Positions 1 through 9,051 of a stretch of DNA of 64,000 nucleotides are shown piece after piece. Every line of letters begins with the position of its first letter. Position 1 is the first letter of the stretch. The stretch is from NCBI GenBank assembly GCA_963793865.1, contig CAWCBP010000001.1:736001-800000 (forward strand), given 5' to 3'. The notes under the pieces were generated by a model. That model saw nothing but the letters and a program-made list of their open reading frames with translations. It was not told the origin of the DNA and did not search any database. Source of the stretch: an uncultured delta proteobacterium. GTDB lineage: Bacteria; Desulfobacterota; WTBG01. The translations under genes and the position numbers were made by a program.

Positions 1-1515
1 GCATAATTTCTGCTGCGGCGAAGTCTCGCGGGAAAAGTCAAGGATGCCCTTTATAATTGCCTTGCAGCGCGTGGTTTCGCGTATGATGATATCCAGATCG
101 CTGCGTGCCGCCTCGTCGGTGACCGTTTTGCGCAGCAGGTGAGAGAAGGTCATAATCCCGGTCAGCGGGTTATTGAGCTCGTGCGCCACCCCGGCGGCGA
201 GCTGGCCCAATGAAGAGAGCTTTTCGGTCTGAATGAGCTTTGCCTGCGCGGTCCTGAGGTTGCGGTTGGCATTTTCGAGATCCGCGCTTCTGCGCAGCAG
301 CTCCTCTTTGGAAGCGCTGAGCGCCCGGGTCATTTTATTAAACGCCGTGGCGAGCCTGCCCAGCTCGTCTTGCGATTGGACCGGGACTTCGTACAAGAGA
401 TCCCCCTGGGCGATCTTTTCCGTGGCCGCGCCCAGTGTGGCCAGCGGCCGGGTGATGCGCGAGGTGACAAAAACCACCGTCAGCAGGGCCATGACAATCC
501 CCAGGATGGCCACCGCAAAGAAGCCGGCCACCACCTCGTTTCGTTTGTCGGTGAATGGCGCTTCCAGTATGCCGACGGAAAGCATGCCGATGATTTCGTC
601 GCGGATGTTCCTGATGGGCTCGTAGGCGGAGATATAATTGACGTTCACAACGTAGGCGTTCCCCAGGAACGGCTGGCCGTTTTCCAGCACCTTTTCATAG
701 ACATCGCTGAAAGCCCTGGTGCCGATCGCGCGCAGCCCCTCCGCGTTCTTGACGTTGGTGACAATCCTGACGTCCCACTGGAAGATGGTGGCATAGCCGA
801 TCTCTTTTCCCTGGTAATTGATACCCTTGTACACGATGTCCTTCATCCGGTCGACGATGGAGTAATCACGGTTCAGGAGGCGGGCACCGTAAAGAATCCC
901 CAGCATTTTCTTGTCGCTGTCGAAGACGGGTGTTGCTGCCTTGAGCACCATGCCTGAGGTCTCATAGTCTTTCACCCGGGGCTTTTCCTTCGCGGTGGGG
1001 ATGAAGACCATGAATGCCTTGTCCACCAGCTCCGTTCCCTCCTTGGCCAGCTCTTCCTGGGACAGCACCTCCGTTCCGGAGACCATGTGTTTTTCCCTTA
1101 TGGCAACGGCAACTATTTCATCATTGGACTGATCATCGCCGGATAGATACGGTTCGCGGGTACGAAGCAGCACCTTGCCGTTTTTGTCGGTCAGGGTAAG
1201 CATGTCCAGGTTATTTTCAATCCTTACCCCTTCCAGCTCGCGCCTGAGCAGGGACAGGTCATTTGCCGCCATGCCTTCCCGAAGAAAAAACCGTTCCGCG
1301 GTGAAGCGGGCGACCGCCTCGATGTCCTTGAGCCGCTCCTGGTAGACCATCCAGGCCGAGTTCAGGTCAATCTGGACCTTGAGCTGTGCCCCCTTGATGA
1401 TCTCGTTGGCCAGCATGCGTATGCCCACCATCGAAGAGGCCAAACCGACCGTAATCACGACCATGATGAAGCTGACGGCCAGCTTGGTGCGTAAGGAAAG
1501 ATTTTCAAATCGCAT
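1..1515 (-). CDS. Sensor histidine kinase (TM-Cache-TM-HAMP-HisKA), 3' end outside window
   Basis: Translated by hand, absent from ORF track: MRFENLSLRTKLAVSFIMVV..., sensor motif IFQWDVRIVTNVKN, HAMP (DELGRLATAFNKM), H-box EKLSSLGQLAAGVAHELNNPL. Open to position 1. Confidence 0.9.
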   Translation of the reverse strand, partial: MRFENLSLRTKLAVSFIMVVITVGLASSMVGIRMLANEIIKGAQLKVQIDLNSAWMVYQERLKDIEAVARFTAERFFLREGMAANDLSLLRRELEGVRIENNLDMLTLTDKNGKVLLRTREPYLSGDDQSNDEIVAVAIREKHMVSGTEVLSQEELAKEGTELVDKAFMVFIPTAKEKPRVKDYETSGMVLKAATPVFDSDKKMLGILYGARLLNRDYSIVDRMKDIVYKGINYQGKEIGYATIFQWDVRIVTNVKNAEGLRAIGTRAFSDVYEKVLENGQPFLGNAYVVNVNYISAYEPIRNIRDEIIGMLSVGILEAPFTDKRNEVVAGFFAVAILGIVMALLTVVFVTSRITRPLATLGAATEKIAQGDLLYEVPVQSQDELGRLATAFNKMTRALSASKEELLRRSADLENANRNLRTAQAKLIQTEKLSSLGQLAAGVAHELNNPLTGIMTFSHLLRKTVTDEAARSDLDIIIRETTRCKAIIKGILDFSRETSPQQKLC

Positions 1516-1574
1516 GGACACATCCTCATGGGCGGACGCCGGCTGTAGCCGGCCTGCCCGCAGATACCGTCCGC

Positions 1575-3361
1575 TTATTCAATGGCCCCGTATTTACAGG
1601 CCCTGATGCAGCTCCTGCACCGCGTGCAGGCGGAACGGTCTATGCAGGCAGGCTGTTTTTTTCCCAGCGTATGGCCTGTACCGGGCAGGCCCTGAAGCAG
1701 AGCCCGCACCGCTTGCACGCTTCCTCCTTCACCCTGAACCTGATGAGTGCGGGGCACACGAGCGCAGGACAGCGCTTTTCATGGATGTGGGCCTCGTACT
1801 CGTTCCTGAAGTACCGGATGGTGGAAAGGACCGGGTTGGGGGCGGTCTGGCCGAGCCCGCAGTGGGAGGTCTTTTGAATATGGCGGGCGAGCTTTTCCAG
1901 GAAGGCAATGTCGCCCTGATCACCATCGCCGGCGGTAATGGCGTTCAGCTTGTCCAGCATCACTTTAAGGCCCTCTCTGCAGGGGGAGCACTTGCCGCAG
2001 GATTCGTCCACGGAAAACTCGGTAAAGAATTTTGCCGTGTCAACCATGCAGGTCCTTTCATCCATTATGACCACGCCCCCCGAGCCCATCATGGAACCTG
2101 CTTGGGTAAGCGAGTCGAAATCAATGGGCGTGTCCAGAAGCGATTCGGGTATGCATCCCCCGGAAGGACCGCCCATCTGGGCCGACTTGAAGCGGCGGCC
2201 GTCCGGAATGCCTCCCCCGATTTCAAACACCAGGGTCCGAAGGGTGGTGCCCATGGGCACCTCCACCAGGCCGACATTGCTGACCGTCCCGGTAAGGGCA
2301 AACACCTTGGTCCCCTTGCTGCCTTCGGTGCCGATGGACGCGAACCAGGAGGCGCCGTTTAATAGAATGGGCGGGACATTGGCAAAGGTCTCGACGTTGT
2401 TGAGATTGGTGGGCATGCCCCAGAGACCCGCCTCGGCTGAGCGCGGCGGCTTGATGCGCGGCATGCCTCTCCTGCCCTCGAGCGAGTACATCAGGGCGGT
2501 TGATTCGCCGCAGACGAATGCCCCTGCCCCGGGGTAAATGGCCACGTCAAAATCGAATCCGCAGCCTAAAATGTCGCTTCCCAGCATGCCGTATTCCCGG
2601 GCCTGGGCCATGGCCGTCTCCAGGCTTTGAATTGCCAGGGGATACTCAGCGCGGACATATATATAGCCCTGCCGGGCCCCGATGGCGTAAGCGGAAATGG
2701 CCATACCTTCCAGCACGGAGTGGGGATCGGACTCCAGAACGGTTCTGTCCATGAATGCGCCGGGGTCTCCCTCATCGCCGTTGCAGATGGTGTACTTGGG
2801 GAAGCGGTTGTACTTTCTCACCTCTTCCCACTTGATTCCCGTGGGGAAACCGCCGCCGCCTCTCCCCCTGAGACCGGACCGCTTTATCTCGTCGATGACC
2901 TCCCCCGGGGTCATGTCGCGCAGTGCCCTGGCAAGGGCAAAATAGCCGTCCCGGGCGATATACTCCTCAATGTGCTCGGGATTGATAAGGCCCCGGTTCC
3001 TCATTACGATCAGCCGCTGGTGCCTGAAAAAGGGAATGTCGCGCATCAGCGGCACCCCGCCGTCCCGGGCCGGTTCCCTGCTGATGAGTCCTGCCGCCGG
3101 CCGGTTGTTGATAAAATGTTCTTCAACCAGGGAGGGTATCCGATCGGGCGTCAGGTTCACGTAGGTGATGCCGTCCGGGTATACCGTCATCACCGGGCCC
3201 CGGCCGCACAGCCCGCAGCATTCCGCGGGGATGATTTCTACCGCCTCCCGGAGTCCATGGGCAGCCAGTGCATTCTCCAGGTGCTGTTTCACCGGCCCGG
3301 CATCCCTGGAAGCACAGCCTGTCCCGGCGCATACCATAACCTGAAAGCGAAACGTGCCCAT
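1575..3361 (-). CDS. NuoF/HydB-like (BfuB-type) FMN/NAD(P)H-binding subunit; single frameshift near C-terminus
   Basis: N-terminal thioredoxin-like [2Fe-2S] (CAGTGC...CCGLC), GRGGGGFPTG, CNGDEGDPGAFMDR, ESCGKCSPC...C, H...CPALVC, then 2[4Fe-4S]. The second cluster (CTRCRSCIRAC) is in another frame after a T7 run at 1656-1662. Confidence 0.9.
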
Positions 3362-3409
3362 GGATGGCTCCTTACAGTTCTTATCGTCTTCCCCTAAGGC
3401 CCGCTTGAA

Positions 3410-3919
3410 TCAATACCGGTGCAGGATGCCCTCAATTTTTTCCGGCTGCAGCTGGGCGTGCACATCGTTGTCGACAAACATCACCGGTGCCAGGCCGCAG
3501 GCGCCGACGCAGCGCACCACCTCAAGGGAAAAGGACAGGTCCCGGGTGGTCTCCCCCACTTTGATGGCGAGGCTTTCTTCCACCCTTTTCACGATGTCAG
3601 CCGCCCCCTTCACGTAACAGGCCGTCCCCATGCAGCAGCGGGCCACGTGGCGGCCCCGGGGAACGGTGGTAAAAAAGGCGTAAAAGGTCACCACCCCGTA
3701 GATGTGGCTGGTTGATATTTTCAGTCCCTTGGCCAGATACTGCTGCACCTCCATGGGAAGGAAACCGAACAGGGCCTGGGCGTCCTTAAGCGCGGGTATG
3801 AGATAGCCCGGCTTGTCGCGATAGCGCCGGATGATTTCGTCCAGCCGGATATAGTCATCCTGTTGGAGCCTGGCTGTAAACCTGCATGACCTATCGTCAT
3901 ACTGCACCGCTTCCATCAC
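3410..3919 (-). CDS. NuoE/HydC-like [2Fe-2S] subunit
   Basis: CMGTAC...CVGAC motif, YGVVTFY; start overlaps the stop of the upstream kinase. Confidence 0.92.
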   Translation of the reverse strand: MMEAVQYDDRSCRFTARLQQDDYIRLDEIIRRYRDKPGYLIPALKDAQALFGFLPMEVQQYLAKGLKISTSHIYGVVTFYAFFTTVPRGRHVARCCMGTACYVKGAADIVKRVEESLAIKVGETTRDLSFSLEVVRCVGACGLAPVMFVDNDVHAQLQPEKIEGILHRY

Positions 3920-5889
3920 ATCGCTCCTGTTTTATCCCCGGGTTTCGGCGGCGGCGAAGGAGCGGGCGCACCGTCACCCGGCAGGGTGAAGCAAAAATCC
4001 GCCCATCTTCCCTCATCAGATTCGGCCCAGATCTTTCCCCCGTGCTTTTCGATGATCTCCCTGGTATTGTAGAGGCCGAGCCCTGTTCCCACCTGCCTGC
4101 CGATCTCTTTCCTGTCCAGCCGGACGAATTTATCGAAGATGATTTCGAGCTTGTCCGAGGGAATGCCGTAGCCCTCATTCTTAACGTGGAAATGATAACC
4201 GCCCGCCCGGTGCTGAAAGCCGATGGTGATGGCGCCTCCCTCAATGCCGTATTTGATGGCATTGGTGATCAGGTTGCTGAAGACAATGCGCATCAGGGTG
4301 GGATCGGCATTGAGCTCAAGCCCTTTCAGCTCCTCTTCGCGGTCGATCACCACGCGCATCTTTTTGATGGCGAGGTACGCGCTTTCGCCCTCGATCACCG
4401 GCTTGACTGCCTCGTCGTAAAGGTTGAAGCGCTTTTTTTCCACAACCAGCCTGCCGGCTTCGATTTTGGAGAGCTGGAGATATTTCATGATCATGTCGTT
4501 GAGCATGTTGACGCTGTTTCTCATCTCCAGAATCGCCTCGCGCTGCTTTTCCGTGTTAATCTTTCCCAGGGTCTCGTCCTGCAGCATGATCAGGTAGCCT
4601 TTGAGAACCCCCAGCGGCTGCTTGAGCTCATGGGTGGTGAATCCCAGCAGCTCCAGATATTTACGGTTAAGATCCTGCAAATCGCTCAGGGTCTGTTTGA
4701 GATGGCGCGACATGGTGACGAACAGCCCCGCCAGCCGCCCGATCTCATCGTGCGAGGGGATGTCAATCGCCACAGGAAAATGCCCGTCGGAAATTTCCAT
4801 GGTGGCGCTGGTGAGCTTTTCAATGGGCCTGCTGATGCTTCTTGCCAGGAAATAGCCGATGACAACCGCGGTGAGCACGCCCAGCAGGCCGATGGCGAAA
4901 AAGAGCATGATCACCCGGTTGCGCGTATCAATGAAGGGCTGCTCCAGGGTGCCCACGTAGAGCATGCCGATGATGGTCCCCAGGGTGTTATGGACAGGTT
5001 CATAGGCGGTTATGTAATCGGCGTTGACCACAAAGTCGCGGCCGATGTAAGGCTGGCCGTTCTCCAGCACCCTGGCGTAGACGTCGGCTGAGGCCCGCGT
5101 GCCGATGGCCCGCAGGCCGGAGAGATTTTTCACATTGGTGGATATGCGAACGTCCCACTGGAAAATGGCCGCCGTGCCGACCTCCTTGCCGTCATACTGC
5201 TCGTCGCGGTAGACGTTGTTCTTTATGCGGTCGACAATTTCATAATTTCTGTTGAGCAGCACCCCGCCGTAGAGCGCCCCGCGGATCCTTCCGTCGCGGT
5301 CCATGACCGGCACGGCGGACTTGATCACCATGCCGCTGGTCTCGCTTCCGCGGGGACGCGGTCTTGCCCGCGGGGTCTCCACGAAGGTCATGAAGGCCTG
5401 CTCCGCGAGCCTGTCCCCCTCCCGGCCCAGCCGTTCCTGGGAAAGGATCTGGGGGCCCGTTGCCGTCTCTCCGGTGAGCGCCCTGCTGATCAGCTCGTCG
5501 TTGGACTGGTCATCGTCCGCCGTGAAGGGGTAGCGCCCCCGCGCCAGCACCATGCCCCGCTCATCGGTTAAGCCGATGAAGTCAAGATTGTTGTCCATTC
5601 GCACCTGTTCAAGCAGCTGCTGCAAAAATGGCCGGTTGCGTCCGAAAAGGCCGTCCAGCAGCTGGCCCCTGCGGGCGGTAAACTGCATGAGCAGTGAAAC
5701 CGTGTCCGCTTTTTGTTGAAAAACCATCCGGGCCGAGTTGAGATTCATGGTAACCTCAACCTGGGCGCGCTTAACCACCGTTCTTCCATAGAGGCTGATG
5801 CCCAGCACCATGGCAACGGATCCGCCGGCTATGACAACGATGAGGAAGAAAAAAACGATCCTGTTTCTGAGTGTTAACCCGAAGGGCAT
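3916..5889 (-). CDS. Sensor histidine kinase (TM-Cache-TM-HAMP-HisKA-HATPase)
   Basis: IFQWDVRISTNVKN sensor motif, H-box THELKQPL, N-box NLITNAIKY, GTGLGL. Start placed at ATG 5889, just downstream of the upstream gene's stop. Confidence 0.9.
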   Translation of the reverse strand: MPFGLTLRNRIVFFFLIVVIAGGSVAMVLGISLYGRTVVKRAQVEVTMNLNSARMVFQQKADTVSLLMQFTARRGQLLDGLFGRNRPFLQQLLEQVRMDNNLDFIGLTDERGMVLARGRYPFTADDDQSNDELISRALTGETATGPQILSQERLGREGDRLAEQAFMTFVETPRARPRPRGSETSGMVIKSAVPVMDRDGRIRGALYGGVLLNRNYEIVDRIKNNVYRDEQYDGKEVGTAAIFQWDVRISTNVKNLSGLRAIGTRASADVYARVLENGQPYIGRDFVVNADYITAYEPVHNTLGTIIGMLYVGTLEQPFIDTRNRVIMLFFAIGLLGVLTAVVIGYFLARSISRPIEKLTSATMEISDGHFPVAIDIPSHDEIGRLAGLFVTMSRHLKQTLSDLQDLNRKYLELLGFTTHELKQPLGVLKGYLIMLQDETLGKINTEKQREAILEMRNSVNMLNDMIMKYLQLSKIEAGRLVVEKKRFNLYDEAVKPVIEGESAYLAIKKMRVVIDREEELKGLELNADPTLMRIVFSNLITNAIKYGIEGGAITIGFQHRAGGYHFHVKNEGYGIPSDKLEIIFDKFVRLDRKEIGRQVGTGLGLYNTREIIEKHGGKIWAESDEGRWADFCFTLPGDGAPAPSPPPKPGDKTGAM

Positions 5890-5906
5890 GCGTATCTGTT
5901 CAGCGC

Positions 5907-8609
5907 TTACAGGTTTGTCCGGCTTCTTGTCTCGCCCCGCTCTGCCTGTTCCACGGAAACGCGCGTGAGCGGGCACGCCTTGTCGGTCAGGGTATTTACA
6001 CGCACACCGTCAAAGTGACAGGGCATGATCACGCTGCCCGGGGGAGTGCGATCGGTTATTTTTAAAGCGACGGTGACACTTCCCTTCGGCGAGGAAACAG
6101 TCACCAGGTCACCGGAGGTGATTCCCAGCCGGGACGCGTCGGATGCATTAAGCTCGGCCCGGCACTGAGGCGAGACTTCTTTGAGACACCGGGAATAAAG
6201 CGACAGTGATCCCGAGTGGAAAAGGGATGGAGCGGTGATCAGGCAAAAGGGATACCTCGCTGCATCATCCGCCTGCGGCGGGGTATAAAGAGCCGGCGTA
6301 AGGCTCGCCTTCCCCCGCGGAAAACCCTTGGCATACAGATGGGCGGAGCCGCCGTCCGCAGGATGATTGACCGGCCACTGGATGCCGCTGGCCGGGATGC
6401 CCTCCCAGGATATGCTCTTGTAATAGGGAACCAGCAGGGCTATCTCCTGAAGCGCCTGCCTCGGATTCGGGCAGCTTATTTCACATCCGAGCAGGCGCGA
6501 GAGGGAGAGGATGATTTCAAAATCGGTCCTGGCGCCGCCTTCGGGCGCCAGAACCCTTGCAAACTTCTGCACCCTTCGCTCAGCGCTGGTAATGGTGCCT
6601 TCCTTTTCAGGGAAGCTCAGGGCCGGCAGCACCACGTGCGCCTCTCTGGCGGTATCCGAGAGAAACAGGTCCTGCACCACCACCATCTCCGCCTTCTTAA
6701 GCGCCCTCAGGGTCTGATTGCTGTCCGGGTAGGTGAGCAGAGGGTTCTCGCCGACAATGTAAAGCGCTCTGATGTCGCCCTGTTCAGCGCCCTGCAGCAT
6801 CTGAAGCGCCGTAAGACCTGGGCGGGAGGGAAGGCGGGCGTTCCATGCAAGCTCAAAGGCGTGCCGCTCCGATTCGTTCTGCAGGTCCCGGCAGCCGGGA
6901 AGGTACCCGGGGGTGAGCCCCATGTCCAGCACGCCCTGGGAATTGCATTTTTCTGAGAGGATATTTACACCCGCCGACGGCTTGCCGATGTTGCCGGTAA
7001 TAAGCGCGAGGTTTGCTGCGGCCCGGGCACTGTTTCGTTCATCCCCCCGCAGCCCCAGCCCCGAAGAAATAAGAATGGATGCCTTTTCCGCCCGGGCAAA
7101 CCGCCGGGCCGCGGCGATGAGCAGATCAGAACCGATCCCGGTTATTTTTTCTACTGAAGCCGGGTCATACGGGGCGAGCGACGCCTTCAGCTCCTCGAAT
7201 CCCCGGGTGCGTTCGGCGATGAACCCGCTGTCCTCCAGCCCTTCCTCCAGAATGATGTGCATCAGGCCGTTGAGAAACACCACCTCCGTTCCCGGCCGGT
7301 AGATAATCGCGCAGTGTGCCCTGGCATGGAGCCAGGTTTCATAGCAGTTGGCGGCAATCAGCCATGACCTGTTCCGGTTCAGGCCCATGATCACCTCCAG
7401 CTTGACCATGGGATGGGTTTCCTGCGCATCGCATCGAACCGCAAGTATGACATCGGACTCTCTCAGCTCCGCAATGGCGTTGGTCATGGCTGGGTATCCC
7501 AGCGCTTCACCGAGCGCCATAAGGCCCTGGTAGGCGAATCCGGCCGATGTGTCAATATTGTTGGTTCCGACGGCCGAGCGCATGAACCTTTGCAGCAGGT
7601 AGGCCTCTTCATTGGTAATCCTGGCGGAAGCAATCGACCCTATGGCGTCTGCCCCGTGCTTTTCTTTGATTGTGTTAAAAGCGCGGGCAATTTCGCCAAG
7701 CGCCTGCTCCCAGGAGCAGGGAGTCAGGATTCCGTTTCTTCTCACCAGCGGCGTCTCCAGCCGTTCCCGGCTGTGAATGTATTCCCAGCCGTATCTGCCC
7801 TTGATGCAGAGATTTCCCCCGTTGCAGCCGGCGTCGCAGTCTGACGTAACGGTTCTGATCCGGTTGTCCTTGACGCCCATGATCAGCGTGCAGCCGCATC
7901 CGCAATAGGGGCATAGGGAAGGCTCTTTTTTAAGCTCCCAGTGGCGCGCCTTTTGGGAGATGAGGGAGGTGGTAAGCGCGCCCACGGGACAGGTGGATAT
8001 GCACTGCCCGCAGAATTCACACTGCAGGTCACGGTCGAAATCGGTGCCGATGGTGGTCCTGAATCCCCTCCCGATAAAATCAATCTCCTTCACGCCCTGG
8101 AGCTCCTCGCAGATGCGCACGCAGCGCCCGCACAAAATGCAGCGCCGGCTTTCCCTCCTGGCCATGGAGCCGATGAGGAGCTGTTCCTTAACCGCGGCGG
8201 TAATGCCGGGGTGCGATTTCTCCAGCCGGTATGGATTGTCGGTGATGCCGTATTCGTACACCAGGTCCTGCAGCGAGCAGGCGCCGGCCTGATCACAGGT
8301 GGGGCATTCCAGGGGGTGATGCAGCAGGATAAGCTGGAGCTGCGTTCGCCGTGCCTCGATGATCCCGGGAGATGTGGTGATTACCTCCATGCCGTTTCTG
8401 GCCGGGCTGAAGCAGGCCGGTATCAGCTTCCCCTCGCGGCCCTTCAATTCGACCATGCACAGGCGGCAGGCGCCAAAGGGGGTCAAGCGCCTGTCGTGGC
8501 AGAGCGAGGGGATTTTTATCCCCGCCTTCTCCGCGGCGTCCAGAATGGTTGCACCCCGGGAAACGGTTGCTTCTGTTCCGTCAACGGTGAGGGTTATGAT
8601 CTGGGTCAT
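5907..8609 (-). CDS. FDH-alpha/NuoG/SfrA-like Fe-S subunit with molybdopterin-oxidoreductase fold; FDH catalytic residues absent
   Basis: [2Fe-2S] (SLC...ACRLC...C), HxxxCxxCxxxxxC, CILCGRC/CEFCGQC, CPYCGCGC...C; NNIDTSAGF in place of NN(V/I)DxCARxCH. Confidence 0.85.
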   Translation of the reverse strand: MTQIITLTVDGTEATVSRGATILDAAEKAGIKIPSLCHDRRLTPFGACRLCMVELKGREGKLIPACFSPARNGMEVITTSPGIIEARRTQLQLILLHHPLECPTCDQAGACSLQDLVYEYGITDNPYRLEKSHPGITAAVKEQLLIGSMARRESRRCILCGRCVRICEELQGVKEIDFIGRGFRTTIGTDFDRDLQCEFCGQCISTCPVGALTTSLISQKARHWELKKEPSLCPYCGCGCTLIMGVKDNRIRTVTSDCDAGCNGGNLCIKGRYGWEYIHSRERLETPLVRRNGILTPCSWEQALGEIARAFNTIKEKHGADAIGSIASARITNEEAYLLQRFMRSAVGTNNIDTSAGFAYQGLMALGEALGYPAMTNAIAELRESDVILAVRCDAQETHPMVKLEVIMGLNRNRSWLIAANCYETWLHARAHCAIIYRPGTEVVFLNGLMHIILEEGLEDSGFIAERTRGFEELKASLAPYDPASVEKITGIGSDLLIAAARRFARAEKASILISSGLGLRGDERNSARAAANLALITGNIGKPSAGVNILSEKCNSQGVLDMGLTPGYLPGCRDLQNESERHAFELAWNARLPSRPGLTALQMLQGAEQGDIRALYIVGENPLLTYPDSNQTLRALKKAEMVVVQDLFLSDTAREAHVVLPALSFPEKEGTITSAERRVQKFARVLAPEGGARTDFEIILSLSRLLGCEISCPNPRQALQEIALLVPYYKSISWEGIPASGIQWPVNHPADGGSAHLYAKGFPRGKASLTPALYTPPQADDAARYPFCLITAPSLFHSGSLSLYSRCLKEVSPQCRAELNASDASRLGITSGDLVTVSSPKGSVTVALKITDRTPPGSVIMPCHFDGVRVNTLTDKACPLTRVSVEQAERGETRSRTNL

Positions 8610-9051
8610 GGCAGACCGCCGATCTTTACAGGGAGAGGATTACTGCAGGTCCCCGCGGTGGTCATGGGGGGAAGAGGGGTTACAGGACAATGCGATAGCA
8701 AACCGGCCGTACGCGCTGCTGCTGTCATCGCTCTGCTCCATCTGAAATGCGGCACAACAGGCGGGAGGCTGATGGCGTATCTGAGCGGCGTCATGTGCTG
8801 ACCTGGGATCAGTCACCGCGCGTCAACACCCATCACACCTTGTTTTGTTCTTCCAGTTTATAATGTTTGAGAAAAAATATCAATCAAAAGGTTGGGAAAA
8901 AACAGCCGTCACGCGGAGAGACAGGGGCTGTGCGTGGAATTGTAGATGAGGTAACGGGTGCGGGGCGGATGGATGCATTCGTCTGCTCATCCGCCGCCGC
9001 AGGGCCTGATAGGCCGCGCACGAAGAGGATGCACAAAGCCGGGAGTCGTAA

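Noticed and set aside
1575..3919. Respiratory complex I or [FeFe]-hydrogenase operon
   Set aside because: No membrane Nuo subunits and no H-cluster motifs anywhere in the window.
5907..8609. Formate dehydrogenase alpha (fdhA/fdhF) or selenoprotein call
   Set aside because: The Cys/Sec ligand, adjacent His and catalytic Arg are absent, and there is no in-frame TGA.
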